Notes: generated from the letters alone by a model not told the origin. A stretch of 64,000 nt of DNA from Pseudonocardia sp. (GCA_050248815.1 JBFWRR010000007.1:5335-69334), one strand, 5' to 3'; shown: positions 9,575 through 19,256, numbered from the stretch's first letter. Numbers and translations are program-made.

Positions 9575-11053
9575 ATGTCGAGGTTCGTGGACCGGGTGGT
9601 GCTGCACGCCACCGCGGGCGCGGGCGGCAACGGCTGTGCCTCGGTGCACCGCGAGAAGTTCAAGCCGCTCGGTGGCCCGGACGGGGGCAACGGCGGGCGC
9701 GGCGGCTCGGTCGTGCTGGTGGTCGACCCGGACGTCCACACGCTGCTGGACTTCCACCACCGCCCGCACGCCGCCGCGCGCAACGGCACGCAGGGCCAGG
9801 GCGGGTTCCGGGCCGGGGCCAACGCGGACGACATGGAGCTGCGCGTCCCGGACGGCACCGTCGTGATGACCGCGGACGGCGAGGTGCTCGCGGACCTCGT
9901 CGGCGCCGGCACCCGGTTCGTGGCCGCCGCGGGCGGGCGCGGCGGCCTGGGCAACGCGGCGCTCGCGTCGGCGGCGCGCAAGGCGCCCGGATTCGCGCTG
10001 CTCGGCGAGCCGGGGGAGAGCGCCGACCTGGTGCTGGAGCTGCGGTCGATCGCCGACGTCGGGCTCGTCGGATTCCCCTCGGCCGGCAAGTCCTCGCTGG
10101 TCGCGGCCCTGTCCGCGGCCCGCCCGAAGATCGCGGACTACCCCTTCACCACGCTCGTTCCCCAGCTCGGGGTGGTGAGCGCGGGGGAGGAGGTCTTCAC
10201 CGTCGCGGACGTCCCCGGGCTGATCCCGGGCGCGTCCGAGGGACGTGGGTTGGGCCTGGACTTCCTGCGCCACGTCGAGCGCTGCTCCGTCCTCGTCCAC
10301 GTCGTGGACTGCGCCACCTACGAGCCCGGCCGCGACCCCGTCTCGGATGTCGAGGCGCTCGAGTCCGAGCTCGCCCGCTACACGCCCGCGCTCGGCGGGG
10401 CCCTGGCGGACCGGCCGCGGCTGGTCGCGTTGAACAAGGTCGACGTGCCGGACGCGCGCGAGCTCGCCGAGCTGGTCGAGCCGGAGCTGGCGCAGCGGTT
10501 CGGCTGGCCCGTGTACGCGATCTCCACCGCCACCCGCGAGGGCCTGCGGGAGCTGTCGTTCGCGATGGGGGCCGAGGTGCGCGCCCATCGTGCCGCGCTG
10601 CCCGTCGCCGAGCCCACCCGCGTCGTGCTGCGGCCCACGCCCGTCGACGACGCAGGGTTCACCGTGGAGGCCGATCCGGAGCTGCCCGGCGGGTTCGTCG
10701 TGCGCGGCCGCCGTCCCGAGCGCTGGATCCGGCAGACGGCATTCGACAACGACGAGGCCGTCGGCTATCTCGCGGACCGCCTCGCCCGCCTCGGCGTCGA
10801 GGAGGCGCTGGCGCAGGCGGGTGCGCAGCCCGGCTGCCCCGTCACGATCGGGGACGTCACCTTCGACTGGGAGCCCTCCACCCCGGCCGGGGTCGCGGTG
10901 CTGATGTCCGGACGGGGTACGGACCGGCGCCTGGAGCCGGACGCGCGGGTCTCCGCCGCCGAGCGCAAGGCCGCCCGGGCCGAGCGGCGCAGGCACCGCA
11001 CGGACGCGGAGCTGTTCGCGGACCTGCTCGACGACCCCGGGGACGCCGAGTGA
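9575..11053 (+). CDS. obgE: GTPase ObgE/CgtA
   Basis: [21 protein letters not shown]1 [23 protein letters not shown] and a C-terminal OCT domain. Confidence 0.98.
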   Translation: MSRFVDRVVLHATAGAGGNGCASVHREKFKPLGGPDGGNGGRGGSVVLVVDPDVHTLLDFHHRPHAAARNGTQGQGGFRAGANADDMELRVPDGTVVMTADGEVLADLVGAGTRFVAAAGGRGGLGNAALASAARKAPGFALLGEPGESADLVLELRSIADVGLVGFPSAGKSSLVAALSAARPKIADYPFTTLVPQLGVVSAGEEVFTVADVPGLIPGASEGRGLGLDFLRHVERCSVLVHVVDCATYEPGRDPVSDVEALESELARYTPALGGALADRPRLVALNKVDVPDARELAELVEPELAQRFGWPVYAISTATREGLRELSFAMGAEVRAHRAALPVAEPTRVVLRPTPVDDAGFTVEADPELPGGFVVRGRRPERWIRQTAFDNDEAVGYLADRLARLGVEEALAQAGAQPGCPVTIGDVTFDWEPSTPAGVAVLMSGRGTDRRLEPDARVSAAERKAARAERRRHRTDAELFADLLDDPGDAE

Positions 11054-11069
11054 CCCGCACCCTCCCGCC

Positions 11070-11116
11070 ACGAGCGGCACCCTCGTACGCACCGTGCGTA
11101 CGAAGGTGCCGTTCGT
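11070..11116. repeat. Long palindrome between obgE and proB
   Basis: ACGAGCGGCACC-C-TCGTACGCA-ccg-TGCGTACGA-A-GGTGCCGTTCGT: a 22-bp stem with one mismatch and one G-T pair. Confidence 0.8.
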
Positions 11117-11132
11117 CGCACGGGGGGCGGGC

Positions 11133-12251
11133 GTGACCGGGCCACGGCGCCGGATCGCGGCCGCCCGGCGCGTCGTCGTCAAGGTGGGGTCGTCGTCGCT
11201 CACGTCGCTGTCGGGCGGGCTCGACCCGGCACGGCTGGACGCGCTGGTGGACGCCCTCGCTGCGCGCCTCGCGGCGGGCAGCCAGGTGGTGCTCGTGTCC
11301 TCGGGTGCCATCGCGGCGGGGCTCGCACCGCTGAAGCTCGCCCGCCGCCCACGCGATCTGGCCACGCAGCAGGCGGCGGCGAGCGTCGGACAGCTGCTGC
11401 TCGCGCACGCCTACGAGACCTCGTTCAAGCGGTACGGCCAGCTCGTCGGGCAGGTGCTGCTCACCGCGGACGACATGATCCGCCGATCCCACTACCGCAA
11501 CGCCCAGCGCACCCTGGAGCGGTTGCTGCAGCTCGGCGCCGTGCCCGTGGTCAACGAGAACGACACCGTCGCCACGGACGAGATCCGCGTCGGCGACAAC
11601 GACCGGCTCGCCGCCCTCGTCGCGCACATCGTCGGGGCGGACGGCCTGATCCTGCTCTCGGACGTGGACGGCCTCTACGACGGTCACCCCCGCAAGCCCG
11701 GCGCGCGGCTGATCACGGACGTGGCCGAGCCCGTCGACCTGGACGCGGTGACGGTCGCCCGGCCCGGCGCGGGGAACCTCGGCACCGGCGGGATGGCCAC
11801 GAAGATCACGGCAGCGGCGATGGCGTCCGCGTCGGGGATCCCGGTGCTCCTGGCGGCGGCCGAGGACGCCGCCGCCGCACTCGACACGGCGGTGGAGGGC
11901 CCCAAGTGCGGCACCGCGTTCCGGGCGTCGGGGCGGCGGATGTCGGCGCGCCGGTTCTGGTTGCGGCACGCCGCGGACGTCCGCGGACGCCTCGACCTGG
12001 ACGCCGGGGCCGTCGCCGCCGTCGTGGACCGGCGCCGGTCGCTCCTGGCCGCCGGCATCCACGGCATCGAGGGCGACTTCGTCGCGGGTGACGTCGTCGA
12101 CCTGGTCGGGCCCTACGGCGTGGTCGTCGCGCGCGGGGTCGTCGGGTTCGACGCCGCGGAACTGCCCGGCCTCATCGGCCGCCGGACGCGGGAGCTGCCG
12201 CCGGAGCAGCGCCGCGAGGTGGTGCACGCGGACGACCTCGTGCTCATCTGA
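11133..12251 (+). CDS. proB: Glutamate 5-kinase
   Basis: [42 protein letters not shown] and a C-terminal PUA domain. Confidence 0.97.
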   Translation: MTGPRRRIAAARRVVVKVGSSSLTSLSGGLDPARLDALVDALAARLAAGSQVVLVSSGAIAAGLAPLKLARRPRDLATQQAAASVGQLLLAHAYETSFKRYGQLVGQVLLTADDMIRRSHYRNAQRTLERLLQLGAVPVVNENDTVATDEIRVGDNDRLAALVAHIVGADGLILLSDVDGLYDGHPRKPGARLITDVAEPVDLDAVTVARPGAGNLGTGGMATKITAAAMASASGIPVLLAAAEDAAAALDTAVEGPKCGTAFRASGRRMSARRFWLRHAADVRGRLDLDAGAVAAVVDRRRSLLAAGIHGIEGDFVAGDVVDLVGPYGVVVARGVVGFDAAELPGLIGRRTRELPPEQRREVVHADDLVLI

Positions 12252-12255
12252 CCCG

Positions 12256-12358
12256 GCGAGTTGCGCATCCTGCTGTGGCGAGTTGCGCATCCTGCTGGCG
12301 CGAGTTGCGCATCCTGCTGTGGCGAGTTGCGCATCCTGCCGGCGCGAGTTGCGCATCC
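12256..12358. repeat. 22-bp tandem direct repeat, about 4.7 copies
   Basis: GCGAGTTGCGCATCC core at 12256, 12278, 12300, 12322 and 12344; the tails read TGCTGTG, TGCTGGC, TGCTGTG, TGCCGGC. Confidence 0.95.
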
Positions 12359-12460
12359 CACCAGGCCGGTGTGCGCCGCCATCCACCGGGTCCTGCCCGT
12401 CGCCTGCCCCGGCAGGGGCCCGATTGCGCCTGGTGACGGGCCGGAGAACACTCGGACGCC

Positions 12461-13687
12461 ATGACGGCCACCGAGGTGCGCAACCGGCTGGTGGACGATC
12501 TCCGCGCCGCCGGCCGGATACGGACGGCCGCGGTCGAGCGGGCGCTGCGGTCGGTGCCGCGCCACCTGTTCCTCCCCGGCGTCCCGGTCGAGGCGGCCTA
12601 CGCCGACGAGGCCGTCACCGTGCAGCACGTCGGCGGTGTGGCCACCAGCTCGGCCTCGCAGCCGTCGATGATGGCGATCATGCTGGAGCAGCTCGACGTC
12701 CGGCCCGGTCAGCGGGTGCTCGAGATCGGCGCGGGCACCGGCTACAACGCCGCGCTGCTCGCCCACCTCGCCGGCCCGGACGGATCGGTGACCTCGATCG
12801 ACATCGACCCGGCGCTCGTCGCAGGCGCCGCGGAGAACCTGCGCAGCGCCGCCGCCGAAGGCTTGACGGTGGGCGCGGAGGTCCACTGCGCGGACGGGGC
12901 CGCCGGGTACCCGCCCGGCGCCCCGTACGACCGGATCGTGCTCACCGTCGGTTGCCCGGACGTCCGGACGGAGTGGGTGCACCAGCTCGCCCCGGGCGGG
13001 CGCCTGCTGCTCCCGCTCACTCTGCGCGGCAGCCAGGTGTGCGTCGCCCTCGATCTCGGGCCCGACGGTGTGCTCCGCAGCAGCTCCGCGCGGGGCTGCG
13101 CCTTCGTGCGGCTTCGAGGTGCCGGGGCCGCCTGCGACCCGGACGTCGCCGTGCCGGGGACCCCGTGGACGGTGCGGCCGGCCGATCCGGCGACGTCGCC
13201 CGTCGATCCGGCCGCCGTCGCCGCGGCGCTCGCCACCCCGATGGGCGCCTCGGGCGGCGTTCGCCTCACCGCGAACGACCTCTGGGACGGCTTCGGCCTG
13301 TTCCTGGCCCTCACCGAGGCCGGGGCGTGCCGACTGCTGCGCACCGTCCCGGGGCGCGGCGGCGGTGGGCTGCGCGGCGCGGGGTTCGCTCCGCTCGCCC
13401 CCGGCCTGGGCTCACCCGCGCTGCTCCGCCCGGACGGTCTCGCGGTCGTCTCGGCACGGCCCGCGCGTCCCGCGGCGGTGCTGGCGTACGGCCCCGGCGG
13501 CCCGGAGCTCGCGAGCCGCCTGCTCGCCGCCCTCGGCGCCTGGACGGCGGTGGGGCGGCCCGACGTGGCCCGCCTGATGCTCGCCGTCCACCCGGGCGGT
13601 GACGGTCCGGCGACGCTGCCCGGCCAGGTCGAGGTGCTCACGGAGCAGTGCCGGATCGTGGCGGGATGGTCTGCGACGGCCTCCTGA
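12461..13687 (+). CDS. PCMT-like (protein-L-isoaspartate O-methyltransferase / FxLD-system-like) methyltransferase
   Basis: VPRHLF, SASQPSMMAIMLEQL, VLEIGAGTGYNAALLA, PYDRIVLT, plus a C-terminal extension of about 190 aa. Confidence 0.87.
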   Translation: MTATEVRNRLVDDLRAAGRIRTAAVERALRSVPRHLFLPGVPVEAAYADEAVTVQHVGGVATSSASQPSMMAIMLEQLDVRPGQRVLEIGAGTGYNAALLAHLAGPDGSVTSIDIDPALVAGAAENLRSAAAEGLTVGAEVHCADGAAGYPPGAPYDRIVLTVGCPDVRTEWVHQLAPGGRLLLPLTLRGSQVCVALDLGPDGVLRSSSARGCAFVRLRGAGAACDPDVAVPGTPWTVRPADPATSPVDPAAVAAALATPMGASGGVRLTANDLWDGFGLFLALTEAGACRLLRTVPGRGGGGLRGAGFAPLAPGLGSPALLRPDGLAVVSARPARPAAVLAYGPGGPELASRLLAALGAWTAVGRPDVARLMLAVHPGGDGPATLPGQVEVLTEQCRIVAGWSATAS

Positions 13688-13699
13688 CCGACGCGCCGA

Positions 13700-15817
13700 T
13701 CAGCCCGCCTGCGCCAGCGCGAACGGCAGCACGGCCGGTGCCCCGGCCGCCCGGACCAGCCGGGCCGCGACCGTCATCGTCCAGCCGCTGTCGATGACGT
13801 CGTCCACGAGCAGGACAGGGCCGTCGATACCCGAGAGGTCCGGCAGCGACGCGGCGTCGAGACCCTCCCACACCGCCGCGAGCCGCTGCGCGGAGTTCTC
13901 CGCCGCAGCGGGCCGCTCCCCGGCGGGGGCCAGCGTGCCGAGCAACGGCAGCCGCCCGATCTCCGCGAGCCGCGACGCGAGGTGGCGCAGCTGGTGGGGT
14001 CTCGTGCGCGAGCCGAGTCCGACGATCCCGACCGGGCGCTGCTCCCAGTCCCACCCGGCGAGCACCCGCACGCAGGCGTCCAGGACCGGGCCGGGGACGG
14101 GCGCGTCGGGGCCGTCGACGAGCTCGCGCAGGCGGGTGCCCCAGCCGATGTCCGACAGCCGACCGATGACCCGCCCCTGCGCTGCGACCTCGCCGGCTGC
14201 GATCCGTCCGGCGACCGGGACGCCCAGCTCCTTCATCCCCGACGGCCACTGCTTGCGGGGCGCAACGGCCACCCCGGGCCGTTCGAGCCGCTCCTCGGCC
14301 GCCTCGACGGCCCCGGCGTCCGCCGAGGGCGACCACACCGTGCCCGCGCACACGTCGCAGCGCCCGCACGGATCGTGCGGCCCCGGGTCGTCGAGCAGCC
14401 TGCGCAGGAACGTGAGCCGGCACTCGGTGGTGTCGAGGTAGTCCAGCATCGCCTGCTGCTCGGCCCGGCGGGCCGCCGCGACCCGGCGGTGTCGCTCGGT
14501 GTCGTAGCGCCACTCCTCGCCGGTGCGCACCCACCCGCCCTTGACGCGGTGGACGGCGCCGTCGCTGTCCAGCACCTTGAGCAGCATCTCCAGCCGGGTG
14601 CGCGAGAGGTCGACACGTGTCTCCAGCGTGGCGGTGGACATCGCGCCGTCCGCGGGCAGCGCCGCGAGGACCGAGCGGACCAGCGGCTCGGGCGGGAAGG
14701 CGAGCGAGGCGAAATAGCGCCAGATGTCGCGATCCTCCGCCCCCGGCAGCAGCACGACCTCGGCCCGCTCCAGCGCGCGGCCCGCGCGACCGATCTGCTG
14801 GTAGTAGCTGATCGGCGACGCCGGCGCGCCGAGGTGCACGACGAACCCCAGGTCGGGCTTGTCGAAACCCATGCCGAGCGCGCTCGTGGCGACGAGCGCC
14901 TTGACGCGGTCCGCGAGCAGGTCGGCCTCCAGCGCGAGGCGCTCCTCGGGCTCGGTGCGCCCGGTGTAGGCCGCGACGGGGAAGCCGCGTTCGCGCAGGA
15001 ACTCGGCGACCTCCTCGGCCGCGGAGATCGTGAGCGTGTACACGATTCCCGCGCCGGGCAGATCGGCGAGGCGGGAGGCGAGCCAGCCCATGCGCTGGGC
15101 GGGCGTGGGCAGCCGGACCACCGACAGCCGCAGGCTCGCCCGGTCCAACGACCCCCGCAGCACCAGGGGCCCCGCGCCGTCGCACCCGAGCTGCTCGGTG
15201 ACGTCGTGCACCACCCGGTCGTTCGCCGTCGCGGTGGTGGCGAGCACGGGGATCCCGTCGGGCAGGTCCGCGATCAGCCCACGCAGGCGCCGGTAGTCCG
15301 GCCGGAAGTCGTGGCCCCAGTCCGAGATGCAGTGCGCCTCGTCCACGACGAGCAGCCCTGCGCTCGCGGTGAGCCGGGGCAGGACGCGATCCCGGAAGTC
15401 CGGGTTGTTGAGCCGCTCCGGGCTCACCAGCAGCACGTCCACCTCGCCCGCCTGGACGGCGGCGTAGGTCTGCTCCCAGTCGCCGGTGTTGGCCGAGTTC
15501 ACGGTGGCCGCGTGAATGCCCGCGCGTGCCGCGGCGTCGATCTGGTTGCGCATGAGGGCGAGCAGCGGGGACACGATGACCGTGGGTCCCGCGCCGGACT
15601 CGCGCAGCAGCGCGGTGGCGACGAAGTAGACCGCCGACTTGCCCCATCCGGTGCGCTGCACGACCAGCGCGCGGCGCCGGTGCTCGACGAGTGCCTCGAT
15701 CGCCGTCCACTGGTCCTCGCGCAGCCGTGCCCCTTCGCCGGCCAGCGCGGACAGCACCTCCTCGGCTCGCGCGCGCAGCCCGGCGCCCGCCCCGATGGTC
15801 GTTCCCGTCGACGTCAC
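13700..15817 (-). CDS. recQ: RecQ-family ATP-dependent DNA helicase with C-terminal PRTase-like domain
   Basis: QRTGWGKS, DEAHCISDWGHDFRPDY, TATA, ALGMGFDKPD, YYQQIGRAGR, CGRCDVC and terminal LVDDVIDSGWT. GTG at 15817 follows a CACGAT -10. Confidence 0.92.
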   Translation of the reverse strand: MTSTGTTIGAGAGLRARAEEVLSALAGEGARLREDQWTAIEALVEHRRRALVVQRTGWGKSAVYFVATALLRESGAGPTVIVSPLLALMRNQIDAAARAGIHAATVNSANTGDWEQTYAAVQAGEVDVLLVSPERLNNPDFRDRVLPRLTASAGLLVVDEAHCISDWGHDFRPDYRRLRGLIADLPDGIPVLATTATANDRVVHDVTEQLGCDGAGPLVLRGSLDRASLRLSVVRLPTPAQRMGWLASRLADLPGAGIVYTLTISAAEEVAEFLRERGFPVAAYTGRTEPEERLALEADLLADRVKALVATSALGMGFDKPDLGFVVHLGAPASPISYYQQIGRAGRALERAEVVLLPGAEDRDIWRYFASLAFPPEPLVRSVLAALPADGAMSTATLETRVDLSRTRLEMLLKVLDSDGAVHRVKGGWVRTGEEWRYDTERHRRVAAARRAEQQAMLDYLDTTECRLTFLRRLLDDPGPHDPCGRCDVCAGTVWSPSADAGAVEAAEERLERPGVAVAPRKQWPSGMKELGVPVAGRIAAGEVAAQGRVIGRLSDIGWGTRLRELVDGPDAPVPGPVLDACVRVLAGWDWEQRPVGIVGLGSRTRPHQLRHLASRLAEIGRLPLLGTLAPAGERPAAAENSAQRLAAVWEGLDAASLPDLSGIDGPVLLVDDVIDSGWTMTVAARLVRAAGAPAVLPFALAQAG

Positions 15818-15823
15818 CCACCC

Positions 15824-15845
15824 ATCGTGGACCCCGGCACCGACG
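15824..15845 (-). promoter_or_regulatory. PafBC/RecA-NDp-like promoter upstream of recQ
   Basis: Minus strand reads CGTCGG-N10-CACGAT-N6-GTG, versus the mycobacterial consensus TGTCGG-N10-TAnnnT. Confidence 0.5.
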
Positions 15846-15898
15846 ATTTCGTCGCCGAGGGGTGGCATGGAGCGGGTCCGGACGGGGAACAGAGCCTC

Positions 15899-16093
15899 AT
15901 GGACACCCCGCTATTCCCACCGTCGGCCCCCCGGTGCCAGCGCTGTTCCCGGGCCGCGGCGGTCGTCGTCCGAGCCGAGGCCACCGGGGCCCCCGGGGCC
16001 GAACGGGCTCCACTGACCGCCTGTGTGGAACACCTGGAGTGGGCGTTCCTGCTCGACGTCGACGAGTGGTCGGGCCGCCGCCGGGCGGCCTGA
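15899..16093 (+). CDS. Small hypothetical protein (64 aa) with CxxC...CxxH motif
   Basis: MDTPLFPPSAPRCQRC...ACVEHLEWAFLL fills the gap between recQ and moxR. It is not listed separately in the track (it is the tail of 13982..16093). Confidence 0.45.
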   Translation: MDTPLFPPSAPRCQRCSRAAAVVVRAEATGAPGAERAPLTACVEHLEWAFLLDVDEWSGRRRAA

Positions 16094-16166
16094 CGGAGCC
16101 GGCGTCCGCCCCCGAGCAGGCGCTCGGGTTGCGCCGGACGCCCGGTCGCAGGGCAGGATGGCCGGT

Positions 16167-17042
16167 GTGACGCCCTTTCCGGCCCCGCTCTTCGGCTCCG
16201 TCGCGGACGTGGCCGAGAAACTCGCCGGGGTCGGCTACCTGGCCTCCACGGCCGTCGCCACCACCGTCTACCTGGCGGACCGCCTCGGCAAGCCGCTGCT
16301 CGTCGAGGGCCCGGCCGGGGTCGGGAAGACGGAGCTGGCGAAGGCGGTCGCCGCGGCGACCGGGTCGGGCCTGGTGCGCCTGCAGTGCTACGAGGGCATC
16401 GACGAGGCCCGCGCGCTCTACGAGTGGAACCACGCCAAGCAGCTGCTGCGCATCACCGCGGGCCAGGGGCGGGAGTCCTGGGACGAGACACGCGACGACG
16501 TGTTCTCCGAGGAGTTCCTGCTGCCCCGCCCCCTGCTCACCGCGATCCGCCGCAGCGAGCCCACCGTGCTGCTGATCGACGAGACGGACAAGGCGGACGT
16601 CGAGGTCGAGGGCCTGCTCCTGGAGGTCCTCTCGGACTTCCAGGTGACGGTGCCCGAGATGGGCACCGTCACCGCGAGCCGCCGCCCGTTCGTGCTGCTC
16701 ACCTCCAACTCGACGCGGGAGCTCTCCGAGGCGCTCAAGCGGCGCTGCCTGTTCCTGCACCTGGACTTCCCCGACGCCGACCTGGAACGCCGCATCGTCG
16801 CGAGCCGCGTCCCCGAGCTGCCGGAGGCGCTGGTGGAGGCGCTGGTGCGGACGGTGCGGGTGCTGCGCGGGCTGGAGCTGCGCAAGTCGCCGTCCGTCGC
16901 GGAGACGATCGACTGGGGACGCACCCTGCTCGCGCTGGGCCTGGACACCCTCGACGACGAGGCCGTCGCCGCGACGCTGGGCGTCGTGCTCAAGCACCAG
17001 TCCGACGTCACGAAGGCCGCGGCGGAGCTGCGTCTGAACTGA
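16167..17042 (+). CDS. MoxR-family AAA+ ATPase
   Basis: GPAGVGKT, RLQCYEG, LLIDETDKAD, ALKRRC; GTG lies 7 nt after CAGGAT. Confidence 0.93.
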   Translation: MTPFPAPLFGSVADVAEKLAGVGYLASTAVATTVYLADRLGKPLLVEGPAGVGKTELAKAVAAATGSGLVRLQCYEGIDEARALYEWNHAKQLLRITAGQGRESWDETRDDVFSEEFLLPRPLLTAIRRSEPTVLLIDETDKADVEVEGLLLEVLSDFQVTVPEMGTVTASRRPFVLLTSNSTRELSEALKRRCLFLHLDFPDADLERRIVASRVPELPEALVEALVRTVRVLRGLELRKSPSVAETIDWGRTLLALGLDTLDDEAVAATLGVVLKHQSDVTKAAAELRLN

Positions 17043-17177
17043 CCCGCCCGAGCCGACCGCTGCCTGCATCACCCCCGCAATACCCCCCGGGGAGGGGATT
17101 CTCCACACGCTCCGTGTGCGGAGACGATCGATACCCGATGCCTCGAACCCGATCCGATCACCCCGGAGGACCTGTCG

Positions 17178-17612
17178 ATGAAGGTCAGCACGCTGCTGCA
17201 GAAGAAGGGCAGCCACGTCCACACCATCCACCCGGCCGCGACGATCGCCACGGCCGCCGACGCGCTCGCCGGGTCGTCGATCGGCGCGCTGGTCGTCACG
17301 GACGTGGTGGGTGAGGTCGTCGGCATGCTCTCCGAGCGCGACCTCGTCCGGGGGATGCACGTGCACGGCGGCGCCGTCGTCGCGCTGACCGTGGCGGATC
17401 TCATGACGCGCCGCGTCGAGGTCTGCGCGCCCGAGGACACCGTCAACGACCTGATGCGCCGGATGACGGTCGGGCGGTTCCGGCACATGCCGGTCGTCGA
17501 GGACGGCCACCTCGCCGGCCTGGTGAGCATCGGCGACGTGGTGAAGAGCCGGATCGAGGAGGTGGAGCTGGAGAGCGGGGTCCTGCGGGACTGCTACCTC
17601 GCGAGCCGCTGA
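17178..17612 (+). CDS. CBS domain protein
   Basis: IGALVV, GMLSERD, FRHMPV, GLVSIGDVVK; SD GGAGG. Confidence 0.93.
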   Translation: MKVSTLLQKKGSHVHTIHPAATIATAADALAGSSIGALVVTDVVGEVVGMLSERDLVRGMHVHGGAVVALTVADLMTRRVEVCAPEDTVNDLMRRMTVGRFRHMPVVEDGHLAGLVSIGDVVKSRIEEVELESGVLRDCYLASR

Positions 17613-17675
17613 CGGGGCGGAGCGCGCCCGCCGCGACCGGTGCGGGCCGTCGGGCCGATGGCGCATGATGGCCGG

Positions 17676-19115
17676 GTGACAGGAGCCCCGCCCGCGATCG
17701 GCTCGGCCCACGGCCTGCCCGGCCACCTGGTCGAGTTCGTCGCCGCGCTGCGCCGCCACGGCGTGGCGGTGGGCCCGGGGGAGACCGTCGACGCCGCGCA
17801 GGTACTCGCGGTGCTGGACCTGCTGCACCGCGAGCACCTGCGCGAGGGGCTCGCCGCGGCGCTGCTGCGCCGGTCCGGGCAGCGCCAGGCCTTCGACACG
17901 CTGTTCGACCTGTACTTCCCGGCGGCCCTCGGGGCGGGTGTCGGCGAGGTGGAGGTGCCGCGCATCGACGACGCGGACGGGGGCCCCGTCGACGTGGAGG
18001 CGCTGCGTGACGTTCTCGCGGGCCTCCTGCGCGACGGCGACACCCAGGCCCTTGCGGAGCTGGCCCGCGCCGTCGTGGACGCGTTGGGGCGCGCGGGCGC
18101 CGGTGGGCCGGGTGCGCGCGGCGCGGGGACGGCGGGGAGCCGGCCGAGCTGGTCGGCCTACCAGGCGCTGCGGCTGCTGTCCCCGGAGACGCTGCTCGCC
18201 CGGATCCTCGACGATCTGCGCGGGCCGGACGCCACGCCGTTCGAGGTGGAGGTGCTGCGCCGCGAGATCCGCGAGCGGATCGCCGCCTTCCGCTCGATGG
18301 TCCTCGACGAGGTGCGGCGCCGTACCGCTGAGCTGCGCGGTCGTGACCAGGTCGCCCGCACGGCCGTGGCGAAGCAGGTGGAGCAGGTCGAGTTCCTGTC
18401 GGCGCACGCCGAGCAGCTCGCCCAGCTGCGCCGCACCGTGCAGCCGCTGGCGCGGCGGCTCGCGTCGCGGCTGGCCGTGCGCCGCCGTCACGCCCGGCGG
18501 GGCACGCTGGACATGCGCCGCACGCTGCGCCGTTCGATGTCCACCGGCGGGGTGCCGATGCGCCCGGCGTACCGCACGCGCCGGCCCGGCCGACCGGAGC
18601 TGGTGGTGCTCTGCGACGTCTCCGGCTCGGTGGCCGGGTTCAGCCACTTCACGTTGCTGCTGGTCCAGGCGCTGCGTGAGCAGTTCTCGAGGGTCCGGGT
18701 GTTCGCGTTCGTGGAGCGGGCCGACGAGGTCACGCATCTGTTCGCGCCCGGGGCGGAGCTCTCCGGGGTGATGTCGCGGGTGCTGCGCGAGGCCGATCTC
18801 GTCACCTTCGACGGCCACAGCGACTACGGCAGCTCGTTCGGCGGCTTCGCCGAGTTCTGGGGCGACGCGGTGGGGCCGAGGACCTCGCTGCTCGTGCTCG
18901 GGGACGGGCGCACCAACTTCCGCGACCCGAACCTCGCCGTCCTCAAGCGGCTCGCCGGGCAGGCTCGGCACGCCCACTGGCTCAACCCCGAGCCGCGCCG
19001 GCTCTGGGGCTCGGGCGACTCGGCCGCCCTGCGCTACGCGGACGTCGTCCCCATGCACGAGTGCCGTACGGCGGGTCAGCTCGCCACCGTCGTGGAGTCG
19101 CTCCTGCCGGTCTGA
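17676..19115 (+). CDS. VWA domain protein (CoxE-like MoxR partner)
   Basis: MIDAS-like LCDVSGSV, GHSDYG, LVLGDGRTN, WLNPEP. Confidence 0.92.
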   Translation: MTGAPPAIGSAHGLPGHLVEFVAALRRHGVAVGPGETVDAAQVLAVLDLLHREHLREGLAAALLRRSGQRQAFDTLFDLYFPAALGAGVGEVEVPRIDDADGGPVDVEALRDVLAGLLRDGDTQALAELARAVVDALGRAGAGGPGARGAGTAGSRPSWSAYQALRLLSPETLLARILDDLRGPDATPFEVEVLRREIRERIAAFRSMVLDEVRRRTAELRGRDQVARTAVAKQVEQVEFLSAHAEQLAQLRRTVQPLARRLASRLAVRRRHARRGTLDMRRTLRRSMSTGGVPMRPAYRTRRPGRPELVVLCDVSGSVAGFSHFTLLLVQALREQFSRVRVFAFVERADEVTHLFAPGAELSGVMSRVLREADLVTFDGHSDYGSSFGGFAEFWGDAVGPRTSLLVLGDGRTNFRDPNLAVLKRLAGQARHAHWLNPEPRRLWGSGDSAALRYADVVPMHECRTAGQLATVVESLLPV

Positions 19116-19256
19116 CAGCGCGGACGGACGTGGGGAGAACCCCACCACAGCCCGGGGGACGGCCCCCGCTCGTGCGGGTGCCTGCTCGCTGTCGGAGGTT
19201 CATCGCCGACGTCACAGTGGGGCGACACGGTGCGACACCCGGCCCAGGAGCCCCCC

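Noticed and set aside
12261-12464. Cys-containing 67-aa ORF overlapping the methyltransferase start (ATGA) as a possible RiPP precursor
   Set aside because: It is the translation of the 22-bp tandem repeat. A TGA arises automatically from ATG-ACG, and there is no SD, leader motif or modifying enzyme.
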